This document shows positions 11,357 to 20,708 of a DNA stretch of 64,000 bases, in pieces. Source of the stretch: Hellea sp. Its GTDB lineage: Bacteria > Pseudomonadota > Alphaproteobacteria > Caulobacterales > Maricaulaceae. The translations under genes were made by a program, and so were the position numbers. The notes under the pieces are model-generated. The model searched no databases, was not told the DNA's origin, and saw nothing but the letters and a program-made list of their open reading frames with translations. Position 1 is the first letter of the stretch, and each line of letters starts with the position of its first letter. Location of the stretch: contig JAHDDX010000003.1 of NCBI GenBank assembly GCA_020629135.1, forward strand, positions 19,581 through 83,580, in the 5' to 3' direction.

Positions 11357-13993
11357 TTACCTGGCTTCGAGCGTGATAAGTCGTCCGGCTCGATTGCCAT
11401 TTGCGGAGCGGGCTCGGATTTCAACTATACCGGATACGGGGGTTGGGCCCGCATAAGATTGCCAGGGGCCATTGCCTGAACGGTATTCGATCGGCAATCC
11501 GGGAAAGGCGATATTGGCCTTCAGGAGGCCATCTTCGATCTTAGCGCCCGGTGTGGGGATGCGGTAGAAAACGTTTAGTGCGTCGAGTTTTGCAAATTCT
11601 TTTTGTCCCAATGTTTGCGCAAATAATTCCCAATCTGCATCGCGCTCGGTTTTTCCCGCGGCAGTAACGTCGCTATTAGGGCCGTAAATACCGCCTTCAA
11701 GATTATAGGCCGGTTCCCAATCCGCCTTATGCCAGGCCCGTTCGGCCAAAGCCAATAAACGCGGGAACACTTGATATTCAAGCTGATCGGCCGAATGGAT
11801 GGTCTCTGACCAGATTTGTCCCTGAATACCTTTGATATTTTGTCCTGCCTCGCGGGGATGGGTATCATTGATTTCAAAGGGATTGCCTTCTCGGTCGAGT
11901 GAAATTTCGGCATTAACCGGCAGATTATTCGGCATGAAATCAAAAACCTTGCGCGTATTTGTTTTACGAGCGGCCCAGTAATAGCCGCCTTCTTTGGGGT
12001 CGACTTCATGCGGCATGTCGAAATAAAGGACGTCCGGTAAAGACAGAACCACATCCCAATCGTGATTAAGGTGCTTATGGGTGACCTCGACCGCATTCCA
12101 AAATAGCGTGCCCCATACATTTGAATGGATATTTTTCGGTAGCTTTTCGGGGTCATTATTCTCTAACCCGTCATTCCAGGCGCCAGTCGTCAGACCTTTA
12201 GAATTGATGATGGCTGAAACGCGCCGGATAAAATATGGACCAAGGTCTTCGGGTTTAGTGACGCCGTGTTCATTGGATTTGAAAAATGCCACGCACGCTG
12301 GAGAACTGGTCCAGGCGCCAGCCGTCTCATCCGCGCCGATATGATAAACCTCGAGAACCTGGCCGGCCTGATCATGCATTTTGATCAGTTCATCCAACAC
12401 TTTTTCAAAAAAGCGGTAAGGGGATTCCAGACAAGGATTGATCGTATTGTCCTTGTAATATTGAATGCTGGAATATTCGGACGTGTCAGCAAGGTCGTGC
12501 AGTAAATATTCCTCTGCCTGTAACAAATTTCCGATGGAAGCCAAGCGATTATATCGCGCTTCCATGGATGTTACGGCGGCGCGCGCATGTCCCGGCATGT
12601 CAAGCGATGGGATAACTTCTATGTGCCGTGCTTCGGCATATCTTAGAATTTCTTGATAGTCAGCCACCGTATAATAGCCATTGACACGGGCCTCTTTGAA
12701 AGGCCCCGCCCCAAGTTGTGGCAATAGGCACGATTTTTCTTCCGGGTCGTGACACCTATATGCGCCCACTTGAGTGAGTTCATCTAACCCTGGAATTTCC
12801 AGGCGCCAACCCTCATCGTCAGCCAAGTGTAAATGCAATTTGTTCAGCTTATAGGCAGCCATCTGATCGAGTATTTTCAACACTTCCGATTTAGGTTGGA
12901 AGTTTCGAGCGACATCCACATGCAGACCGCGAAATTCGAATTGTGGCCGGTCTTGGATTTTTACTTGAGGAAGGCTTTGATCTTCTGGATTGATGAGGCC
13001 TGCTATGGACATAAAGGCATAAAGAACACCGGTCTTGTCAGCGGCGCTGATCGTAATTTGATCATCGGCGATGCTCAGTTCATAGCCTTCCGGTGAAATA
13101 TCACTTTGCGGATCAAGTCTGGCGTTGATGGCAATCCCCGAGGTGCTGGCATTGAAGCCTAAGGCGCCTAATCGATTAAGCGCAGGCGCAACGTCTGCTT
13201 TGACAAGGTTTTCAAAGACGAGCCTATACCCATTTTTTATCTGAATATCCGGCGCGGATTGAGGGGCCTCAATTAAATAGGGCGAGGGAATAAGGTGACG
13301 ACGAAATCCATAATTTACAGGCGATGTGGGGCGCTCATTTGCAGCAAATATGGATTCCGCCGTCGAAAAGCGAATATTATCGCTTTTGTTCTTTTTGAAA
13401 AATCGGTCCTCATGGCCGAAAGGTGTGACATAGGGGCGAATAGTTAGACCCGTATCCGGGTCTGTCTCTAGGCGCGTTGAGTTAATTATTTTTGGTTCCA
13501 AATTTGGTGCCGTTAAGAAGTAATTCGGCATAAGCTTTGCTTCGACAAAGACTTGCCCGGCCACGATAAACGGAATTTCAACGGGCGCGTTCGCTTTAAA
13601 CCCGGTAAATGCTGGTTTAGGTGAGATAACGTGCAGATCCCCATTAAGATGCTGAACGTCAAAGGTCTCTGAACTGGCAGCGTGGGTTGGCTCGACCTGA
13701 GAGAAAAATATCTGAAAATCAGACCTGGGAATATCAATGTCCGAAGTCAGGGTTATTTTGGCTTCAAAACAAGGGTCTTCTTTGATCGTTACAGATGAAT
13801 TGGGGAGCGTGCACGCCTCGCCCCAGCGATTAGCGAGCAGTGTGTATTTTACGTCTAAATGCTCGGCGATTTGATCAAGGTTTGATGGCGTTGTTAGTTC
13901 CAGGTTTTCGCTGGACTGGCAGGCCGAAAATGCCAATGTCGAGGCTAAGACGGCTGATACGAAATGGCTGTTTTGGGTTAGAACATTATTCAT
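11357..13993 (-). CDS. GH20 beta-N-acetylhexosaminidase (chitobiase type), probable lipoprotein
   Basis: 878 aa. Lipobox-like LAFSAC, GH20 motifs HLHLADDEGWRLEIPG and YHIGADETAG (Asp-Glu catalytic pair). Size and architecture resemble the Serratia/Vibrio chitobiases. Confidence 0.9.
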   Translation of the reverse strand: MNNVLTQNSHFVSAVLASTLAFSACQSSENLELTTPSNLDQIAEHLDVKYTLLANRWGEACTLPNSSVTIKEDPCFEAKITLTSDIDIPRSDFQIFFSQVEPTHAASSETFDVQHLNGDLHVISPKPAFTGFKANAPVEIPFIVAGQVFVEAKLMPNYFLTAPNLEPKIINSTRLETDPDTGLTIRPYVTPFGHEDRFFKKNKSDNIRFSTAESIFAANERPTSPVNYGFRRHLIPSPYLIEAPQSAPDIQIKNGYRLVFENLVKADVAPALNRLGALGFNASTSGIAINARLDPQSDISPEGYELSIADDQITISAADKTGVLYAFMSIAGLINPEDQSLPQVKIQDRPQFEFRGLHVDVARNFQPKSEVLKILDQMAAYKLNKLHLHLADDEGWRLEIPGLDELTQVGAYRCHDPEEKSCLLPQLGAGPFKEARVNGYYTVADYQEILRYAEARHIEVIPSLDMPGHARAAVTSMEARYNRLASIGNLLQAEEYLLHDLADTSEYSSIQYYKDNTINPCLESPYRFFEKVLDELIKMHDQAGQVLEVYHIGADETAGAWTSSPACVAFFKSNEHGVTKPEDLGPYFIRRVSAIINSKGLTTGAWNDGLENNDPEKLPKNIHSNVWGTLFWNAVEVTHKHLNHDWDVVLSLPDVLYFDMPHEVDPKEGGYYWAARKTNTRKVFDFMPNNLPVNAEISLDREGNPFEINDTHPREAGQNIKGIQGQIWSETIHSADQLEYQVFPRLLALAERAWHKADWEPAYNLEGGIYGPNSDVTAAGKTERDADWELFAQTLGQKEFAKLDALNVFYRIPTPGAKIEDGLLKANIAFPGLPIEYRSGNGPWQSYAGPTPVSGIVEIRARSANGNRAGRLITLEAR

Positions 13994-14703
13994 GATGTCG
14001 GAACCTCACGAGACCAGTAGATTGTTACCGGTATTTCCGTGTTTTGTAAAATGGCTGCGCCAGGATATTGGCTGATGTCATCCGTCAACATTCCTGTCTT
14101 AAACGCCTTAAGTTTTTCTGGTCCGGCCAGCATGACGTAGACTTGTCGAGAGGTCAGCATGGCCTCAAGCGTTAGGGATATCCGCCAGTCATTAGATCGA
14201 TCATTGGCCGGAACATCCAGGGTGCAAACCCATTGATTGTCACTTGGCTTTAATTTTACGGCATCAGGAATTAAGGAGCCTACATGTAGATCAAGGCCCA
14301 TCCCCAAAAGCATCACGTCAAAAGGTTTGGAGATCAGTTCAATGTTTTCGTTTGCGATATTGGCAGATTTTTCGATCGATAAATTCGAATGTTTCAAAGG
14401 CAAAAATCGTGCGCTTTGAGCGCGGTCAACCAGCAAATTTGCGCGAATGATCGAATGGTTTGTGCGGTCAGGGTCTGCACTTTCCCACCGGTCATCTGTC
14501 AAAGAGATATCAACGTTTTGCCATTCCAGGTCTCGACGTGATAGCTCGCTTAGGAGAGGGGGGGCTGTCCGGCCACCGGTAGCCACAAAACTTGCTCGGC
14601 CATTTGTATTGATGGCATCTTTGAGTGTGTGTTCAATGTCATCCGCTAGGGCGAGTTTCATTTCCGAAAAGTTAGCGAATGTTCGTAATACGGCCCCCAC
14701 CAT
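13990..14703 (-). CDS. 6-phosphogluconolactonase-like protein (NagB/Pgl sugar-phosphate isomerase superfamily), divergent
   Basis: 237 aa. FVATGGRTAPP (compare SGGSTP), LTDDRW (compare DERxVP) and MLLGMGLDLHVGSLIP (compare LLGMGxDGHTASLFP). Abuts the nagA stop (TAGATG) and overlaps the hex start (ATGA). Confidence 0.6.
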   Translation of the reverse strand: MVGAVLRTFANFSEMKLALADDIEHTLKDAINTNGRASFVATGGRTAPPLLSELSRRDLEWQNVDISLTDDRWESADPDRTNHSIIRANLLVDRAQSARFLPLKHSNLSIEKSANIANENIELISKPFDVMLLGMGLDLHVGSLIPDAVKLKPSDNQWVCTLDVPANDRSNDWRISLTLEAMLTSRQVYVMLAGPEKLKAFKTGMLTDDISQYPGAAILQNTEIPVTIYWSREVPTS

Positions 14704-15870
14704 CTATGCCTCTTGAAGGCCTGAATTGTCTTTGTTCGAAATTCCGTCAATCCAGCTATTTAGTACTGTGCAATCTTTGTCTAAAACGACAAATGTCGCG
14801 GGATTGCCGGGACTAATCTCCCCAATTTTATGATCTAAGCCTAAAAATTCCGCCGGATATAATGAGGCCATATTCAGGGCGGCGGTTAATTTTACGTCGA
14901 GTCGATTAACGGTATTGTGTACGGCAGCGGCCATGTTCAAATCGGAACCAGCAAGGGTACCCTGTTCATCAACACAAACGCCGTTCCTCACCGTGATTTT
15001 CTTGGTTTGCAATTTGAAATTGTCCGTTGGACTTCCAACTGTTGGCATGGCGTCCGTCACAAGGATAAACTTATTCTCGGGTTTGCATCTCATAGCTATT
15101 TTTAGTGCTGTATCTGATACATGATGGCCATCAACGATAATGCCACACCAGCTTTCCTGATTTTCAAGGGCAGCCCCGACAACGCCCGGTTCGCGATTGA
15201 TGAATTGAGACATGGCGTTAAACAAATGGGTAAAGCCGGTGACGCCAGCTTCTAAGGCATCGAACATTCTGTCATAACAAGCGTTGGAGTGTCCTGCCGA
15301 TACCGTTACACCATTCTTGACCAATTTGGTAATTAGGTCATGCGTCGTGTTCTCAGGCGCAAGCGTAACCAGAGTTTTGCCATTCTTAAGAGACGACAAC
15401 AAAGAAACATGTTCCTCATCCAAACGTAGAAATTTGTTGGAATCGTGAACTCCTTTTCGATCTGTGTTTAAAAATGGACCTTCAATGTGAATGCCCAACA
15501 CGCCGGGAACGCCAGCTTCTATCGCTTGATCAACGGCCTTAATGGCTTGCTTAACAACTTCTAAGTCATCACTGATAAGGGTTGGAAGAAATCCGCAAGT
15601 GCCGAACTGACGATGAGCCTGTCCAATCGTTCGGATCGTTTCAACGGTTGGCGCATCGTTAAATAAAACGCCTCCGCCCCCATTCACCTGGATGTCAAAG
15701 AAGCCTGGCGCAACTAAATTTCCCTTTAAGTCAATGATTTCATCTGAAGCGCGCGTGTGCTCTTGAGATTCAAATGAAGAGACAACACCGTTTTCGACAA
15801 CCAGATTTACCCCAGTTTCTAAAAATTTGCGTCCTGTAAAAATACGACCCTTTCCGAAAACTGTACGCAT
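14704..15870 (-). CDS. nagA: N-acetylglucosamine-6-phosphate deacetylase
   Basis: 388 aa. DIQVNGGGG, HIEGPFL, SAGHSNA and THLFNAM motifs. Confidence 0.92.
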   Translation of the reverse strand: MRTVFGKGRIFTGRKFLETGVNLVVENGVVSSFESQEHTRASDEIIDLKGNLVAPGFFDIQVNGGGGVLFNDAPTVETIRTIGQAHRQFGTCGFLPTLISDDLEVVKQAIKAVDQAIEAGVPGVLGIHIEGPFLNTDRKGVHDSNKFLRLDEEHVSLLSSLKNGKTLVTLAPENTTHDLITKLVKNGVTVSAGHSNACYDRMFDALEAGVTGFTHLFNAMSQFINREPGVVGAALENQESWCGIIVDGHHVSDTALKIAMRCKPENKFILVTDAMPTVGSPTDNFKLQTKKITVRNGVCVDEQGTLAGSDLNMAAAVHNTVNRLDVKLTAALNMASLYPAEFLGLDHKIGEISPGNPATFVVLDKDCTVLNSWIDGISNKDNSGLQEA

Positions 15871-16922
15871 TAGAAAGTTTCCGTTACTTTTGACAGATGA
15901 GGCGGTTTGTCAGGGTTGAAACCCCGGGCAACGGATACGCCGTTGACCAGCTTATAGAAGCTCTGAATCATCAATATCGGCTGGATTAATGGATGGGCTT
16001 CCAGTGTTGGCAACGAGGTGCAATCGGGATGATCTACGCCCGCCGTAAAAATATTTGCTCCCATTCTTGCAAGTTTATTGAGGGTCGCTTCGACGCTTCC
16101 GCGGGTTTCATCATTCTGAGAAAATGCCAGAATTGGAAATCCGGGCTCAATAATAGCGGAGGGGCCGTGTAAAACTTCTGCGGCGGAATAGGCCTCTGCA
16201 TGTATACCGCTCGTCTCTTTGAATTTTAGCGCGGCTTCACGGGTGATTCCATACCCGACGCCACGCCCCAAGATGAAAGCGTTAGAAGCTTGTTCAAATG
16301 CGCCAGAAGCCGCACTCCAATCAAGGCTCCATGCTTTTTCCAAACGGTCGGGTAGGGTATTTACGGCATTTAGCAGGTCAAAGTCATTTGTCCAATGTGC
16401 AATGATGAGCACAAGAGCTGCCATCGAGGTAATAAAGGACTTGGTCGCTGCGACACTTTCTTCCGGTCCGGCGCAAAGGTCAATGGTCGCATCTGCGCCA
16501 GCGCCTAAAGCGGAATTTACAGTATTCGTTAGGGCGATTGTATATCCGCCATGCGCCCGTATATTTTTTACCGACGAAACAAGATCCGGGCTTTGCCCGG
16601 ATTGAGAAATAGCGAAGCTGACGATATTTTGTGTATGAAGAGGTGCTTTATAAAGAGAGCTGACAGATAGTCCTGATGGGCTGGTTATTACGCCTTGTAA
16701 TATTTCAATAAGATATCGTCCATATACGCCGGCATGATCTGAACTGCCGCGCCCGACCATCACAGCCACATTTGGGGTCTTTTTTCTGAGTATGGATCCG
16801 ATTCGCGCAAAATCATCACTATGCTTCGCGATTTGTCGGCGGACCGCTTCGGCAGATTCCTTAGCCTCTTGGAACATAAGCGTTTTTTCGGCGATGATCG
16901 CTTTATCTGCGGTGGCCTGCAT
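15870..16922 (-). CDS. SIS-domain glucosamine-6-phosphate deaminase/isomerase (NagB-II type, GlmS C-terminal-like)
   Basis: Two SIS domains (GRGSSDHA, SQSGQSPD). Start placed at ATG 16922, which has an AGGGAG RBS 6 nt upstream. The track start at 16943 has no RBS and overlaps a TATAAT box. Confidence 0.8.
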   Translation of the reverse strand: MQATADKAIIAEKTLMFQEAKESAEAVRRQIAKHSDDFARIGSILRKKTPNVAVMVGRGSSDHAGVYGRYLIEILQGVITSPSGLSVSSLYKAPLHTQNIVSFAISQSGQSPDLVSSVKNIRAHGGYTIALTNTVNSALGAGADATIDLCAGPEESVAATKSFITSMAALVLIIAHWTNDFDLLNAVNTLPDRLEKAWSLDWSAASGAFEQASNAFILGRGVGYGITREAALKFKETSGIHAEAYSAAEVLHGPSAIIEPGFPILAFSQNDETRGSVEATLNKLARMGANIFTAGVDHPDCTSLPTLEAHPLIQPILMIQSFYKLVNGVSVARGFNPDKPPHLSKVTETF

Positions 16923-16941
16923 CGGACGCTCCCTATAATTC

Positions 16942-16947
16942 ATTATA
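16942..16947 (-). promoter_or_regulatory. Candidate -10 box (TATAAT) of the nagB-II/nagA/pgl-like/hex operon, inside the palindrome CCCTATAAT-N2-ATTATAGGG (16931-16950)
   Basis: Consensus TATAAT read on the minus strand, 20 nt upstream of the ATG at 16922. A TGGTATT heptamer (16958-16964, minus strand) sits in the predicted spacer. Confidence 0.35.
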
Positions 16948-16995
16948 GGGCTTATATAATACCAATATTCAAAAATAAAGAGAAAAAACCATAAT

Positions 16996-17013
16996 TGGTA
17001 TTAATATGGTATT
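16996..17013 (+). promoter_or_regulatory. NagQ box: TGGTATT-AATA-TGGTATT
   Basis: Perfect direct repeat of TGGTATT separated by 4 bp, as described for GntR-type NagQ operators. It lies 74-91 bp upstream of the nagB-II start. Confidence 0.65.
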
Positions 17014-17058
17014 ATCCTTTGGTTTAATTGGGTTTTTTAGTTTTAGTCTTCGATGTGG

Positions 17059-17796
17059 TTATCCACTAAGCTCAGCGACGAAGTCATAAGTGTCGCCGCG
17101 ATAAAAAGATTGGGCTATCTCAATAATTCGCCCGTCTGTTGCAAACCCTCTTCGCTCTACTAATAGGCCGGGGTCGTTGACGGAGGCATTTAGTAATTCG
17201 GCCTGGTCAGCTGAGAGTAGGACAGCCCTTAATCTTTGTAATGCGCGTGCCGGCCTCAATCCTTCATTGTGTAGAGATTCATAAAGAGAGTCTCCAATGC
17301 TATCGATATTGGGAATGCAATATGCGGGGACGATTGTGTATTCAACAGACATGGGTTCGTCATTGGCATATCTCAAGCGGCTCAGGCGGTAGACTTTAAG
17401 GCCAGGGCTTAGGCCGTAACTCATAACTTCTTCAGGGGTTACGACGCTTTCGGCCTTTTCAAGCCATTTTGAGCTGGGAGTCAGTCCGCGAGAACGCATA
17501 TCCTCTGAAAATGACGTTAAATGAGAGAAGTTTTTTTCAACTCTATTGGCGATGAAGGTTCCTGACCCCTGTCTCCGAGATAGAAGGCCTTCGCGAACCA
17601 GCTCCTCAAGGGCTTTTCGAATTGTTATTCTGGATACGCCAAATAGTTCAGCCATTTCCCGCTCGGCGGGAAGGGGCTTCTCTGGGCTTAGTTGTTCATT
17701 GTCGATCGCACCGCGCAGCTTGCGCTGTAATTGTTTATAGAGTGGTTCACGGCTCGATTCATCAAGCTTGCCTATCACGTCGGCTAGATTATCCAT
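17059..17796 (-). CDS. nagQ: GntR-family (HutC subfamily, UTRA domain) transcriptional regulator of GlcNAc utilisation, NagQ type
   Basis: wHTH region PLYKQLQRKL...LPAEREMAELFGVSRITIRKALEEL plus a C-terminal UTRA-like domain. Start chosen at MDNL (17796, GGGGAA RBS). The track ORF extends to 17844. Confidence 0.82.
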   Translation of the reverse strand: MDNLADVIGKLDESSREPLYKQLQRKLRGAIDNEQLSPEKPLPAEREMAELFGVSRITIRKALEELVREGLLSRRQGSGTFIANRVEKNFSHLTSFSEDMRSRGLTPSSKWLEKAESVVTPEEVMSYGLSPGLKVYRLSRLRYANDEPMSVEYTIVPAYCIPNIDSIGDSLYESLHNEGLRPARALQRLRAVLLSADQAELLNASVNDPGLLVERRGFATDGRIIEIAQSFYRGDTYDFVAELSG

Positions 17797-17986
17797 AAAT
17801 TTCCCCATTTTTGACAATACCAATTTAGTTTCGGCTGTTTTCACTGTCGAATCGATTGGGAAAATGTCTCACTTCAATACCAATGCATATCATTTCCTCT
17901 ATCCATAAGGCCCAAAAGGGTTAAAAACAAGTGTAAATCCAATATTTGTAAGGAAATCGGATCAATATTGGCTTGACATCGGCAAT

Positions 17987-18004
17987 TGGTTCGCTATTGG
18001 TACT
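17987..18004 (+). promoter_or_regulatory. Degenerate NagQ-box-like repeat TGGTTCG-CTAT-TGGTACT upstream of the TonB-dependent receptor
   Basis: Same 7-4-7 architecture with a conserved TGGT core, 88 bp upstream of the ATG at 18092. Single ATTGGTATT heptamers lie on the minus strand at 17816-17822 and 17876-17882. Confidence 0.35.
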
Positions 18005-18091
18005 ATAAACACTGGTAAATGGTGTCTGTTTGGGATGTCGCGACTGAGCGGATATCTGGTATTAAAGGTTACTTTTGAAAGGGGAACTCAA

Positions 18092-20647
18092 ATGAGGTCA
18101 TTTAAGTTTATTTTGGGGGGCACTGTCAGCCTCGCAGCCATTGCGCTAAGCGCGCCGGCCCATGCGCAAGATGCAACCGAAGACGAGGTTATCGTAACAG
18201 GTATTCGCAGCTCGATCGAAAAGGCAGTGGATATCAAGCGTGAAGCGAATTCCATTGTTGATGCGATCACGGCCGAGGATATCGGAAAATTTCCAGATAA
18301 GAACGTTGCCGAATCTTTGCAGCGCGTGCCTGGTATTACTGTGCAGCGTCAATTCGGTGAAGGTGCCGCAGTCGGTATACGCGGTGCAGGGCCAGACCTA
18401 ACACTGACAAATCTGAACGGCCAAAACGTAGCTTCAACCGGTTGGTTTGTTCTTGAGCCAGCCCGTCGCAGCTTCAACTATGAATTGTTGCCGTCTGAGC
18501 TGGTTGGCAGCGTTGAGGTGTTTAAGAGTTCTCAGGCTGATCTGTCCGAAGGTGGCGTTGGCGGTACAGTTATCGTGAACACCCGTCGTCCGCTTGATAT
18601 GGCGAGTAAAAGCATTTTCGCTTCGATTGAGGGTCAGTACCAGGACGATTCAGATAAAATTGATCCGCAGGCTTCTGGTCTTGTGAGCTGGAAGAATGAA
18701 AATGAAACCGTAGGTCTTCTGCTTTCAGGTGTTTATCAAAAACGCCATTTGCAGCGCCAGGGTAACGAGGCGTTTTGGGAGTGGGGTGCAGGTCCTGTTG
18801 CATTTGAACAAGAGCGCGTTCGTACAGCAATTACCGGTGCGCTTCAGTTCAAGCCAAGTGAAAATCTTGATATCCTAATCAACGCCATGAATATGGAAAT
18901 GGAAGCGGACAATACAAATTATGCGCTATGGTTGACACAGGGTAATACCTCTTGGAGCGGCCTGCCGCGTCCGGCAGGAGATTTGCTGAACGGTGAAACA
19001 GCTGTTCGTGGTCCATTAAACGTAGCTTTCTACCAGGCTCGTCCACGCGAAGCGACGATGAAGTCTCGTGTTTTTGATGTGGATGTAAACTACTCCGGTG
19101 ACGATTACGATATCCATCTTCAAGCTGGTCGAACTGAATCAACTGGCGGAACGGATTTCGAAATGGTTCTGGACGATGGTTTGGTGCCAAGCATCAGCGC
19201 GGGATCTTATGACTTTTCTGGCGGTGAGCAAACTTGGAGCCTGCCGTCTGGGTTTAATCCTGCGACCTATGATCCGGGTAGTCTGAACATGGGAACCGGT
19301 CCAAACTTCAACCGGACACCAAAGGAAGACAACGAAACTTACGCTCAGTTCGATATCACCAAAAATGTTGACTATGGTGTGGTGGATTCAATCAAAGCCG
19401 GTGTAAAATACGCCGACCACGAGTCCTCAAGCCGTCGCTATGAATTTACGCAAGCTGCTGGCTTTAATGCCAATACGCCTACAGCAGGTCTGACGGACGG
19501 CACGATTGAGGCCGGTACCGGTAGTGGCAGCTACGATCTTCTGCGTCTCAATGCGGATGCGATTAAAGATTGGGCGCGGGCCAGTATTACGGGTGAAACC
19601 GAAGATCTGGGCTCATTCAGCAATATTGAAGAGAAAAACTTCGCAGCCTATGTAATGGCGAATTTTGATGGAGACGGTTTCCGGGGTAATCTGGGTCTGC
19701 GTTACATTAATACAGACGCGACTTCTAATTACTTCGTAAATGGCGCACCAACGGCAACATCTGCCAGCTATGACGAATGGTTGCCAAGTGCGAACCTGGT
19801 CGTGGATTTGGGTGAAGATTTGATCTTGCGCTCAAGTGCAGCCAGAGCGATTGCGCGTCCACAATATATCGATATGTATGTTAACCCGGATGTTCGCGGT
19901 ACATTTGATGATCTGGCTAATAACCAGTTCTGGATCGTGGGTAATGTCGGACTAAAGCCGTTTATTTCAAATCAGTTTGACATGGGTGTTGAATATTACT
20001 TCAAAGAACGTTCATTGTTCTCGCTGACTGGCTTTATCAAAGACGTCAAAAACTTCGTGAACTTTACAGAATATCAGGCCGCAGCTGCTGATATTCCGTT
20101 CACCCTGCCAACCACACCTGTCAATGAACAGGCCGGCGGTTGGACTGTGCAAGAGAAGTTCAATGGTAAAGATGCTGAAATTTTCGGTTTTGAAGCTCAA
20201 TTGATGTATGATTTTGGAAATGGCTTCGGTACGTTGTTCAACTATACCTACACCGATACCACAACTGACGATGATACATTTGTCGATGGAAACCCAATCC
20301 TTTCTGATAGTTCCAAGCACTCACTGAATGCGTCGGTTTACTATGAGAATGACCGGTTCCAAACACGCGCGTCATATAACTACCGCAGCAAATATATGCT
20401 TCGTGAAGTTGGTGCCTATGGCAACCGTATCCATGACGACTACGGCGTGATTGATCTTTCGGCGAGTTATAACGTGACAGATAATGTCTCTTTGGACCTG
20501 GATGTGAATAATCTGTTGCCAGAAAACTCACGTCAGTTCGGTTATAATGTTAATCCTTCGCCGGAAAGCGGGTTTACCCGCGGTTTCCCACTCTATGAGT
20601 ATGAAACGGCCCGTCGGATTACTTTGGGTGTGTCAGCTAAGTTCTAA
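18092..20647 (+). CDS. TonB-dependent outer-membrane receptor (carbohydrate/chitooligosaccharide type)
   Basis: Signal peptide ending AHAQD, TonB box DEVIVTG, plug-domain motifs (ITAEDIGKFPDKNVAESLQRVPGITV) and a C-terminal ...GVSAKF. Start at ATG 18092 with a GAAAGGGGA RBS. The track ORF starts upstream at 18035. Confidence 0.92.
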   Translation: MRSFKFILGGTVSLAAIALSAPAHAQDATEDEVIVTGIRSSIEKAVDIKREANSIVDAITAEDIGKFPDKNVAESLQRVPGITVQRQFGEGAAVGIRGAGPDLTLTNLNGQNVASTGWFVLEPARRSFNYELLPSELVGSVEVFKSSQADLSEGGVGGTVIVNTRRPLDMASKSIFASIEGQYQDDSDKIDPQASGLVSWKNENETVGLLLSGVYQKRHLQRQGNEAFWEWGAGPVAFEQERVRTAITGALQFKPSENLDILINAMNMEMEADNTNYALWLTQGNTSWSGLPRPAGDLLNGETAVRGPLNVAFYQARPREATMKSRVFDVDVNYSGDDYDIHLQAGRTESTGGTDFEMVLDDGLVPSISAGSYDFSGGEQTWSLPSGFNPATYDPGSLNMGTGPNFNRTPKEDNETYAQFDITKNVDYGVVDSIKAGVKYADHESSSRRYEFTQAAGFNANTPTAGLTDGTIEAGTGSGSYDLLRLNADAIKDWARASITGETEDLGSFSNIEEKNFAAYVMANFDGDGFRGNLGLRYINTDATSNYFVNGAPTATSASYDEWLPSANLVVDLGEDLILRSSAARAIARPQYIDMYVNPDVRGTFDDLANNQFWIVGNVGLKPFISNQFDMGVEYYFKERSLFSLTGFIKDVKNFVNFTEYQAAAADIPFTLPTTPVNEQAGGWTVQEKFNGKDAEIFGFEAQLMYDFGNGFGTLFNYTYTDTTTDDDTFVDGNPILSDSSKHSLNASVYYENDRFQTRASYNYRSKYMLREVGAYGNRIHDDYGVIDLSASYNVTDNVSLDLDVNNLLPENSRQFGYNVNPSPESGFTRGFPLYEYETARRITLGVSAKF

Positions 20648-20675
20648 ACACACTCGGTAAAAAGTGCCCTTGATG

Positions 20676-20708
20676 CGGAACCCCATCTTTTTGGTGGGGT
20701 TCCGTTTG
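20676..20708 (+). terminator. Rho-independent terminator after the TonB-dependent receptor
   Basis: CGGAACCCCA (20676-20685) pairs with TGGGGTTCCG (20695-20704), GC-rich, followed by TTTGT. Confidence 0.75.
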
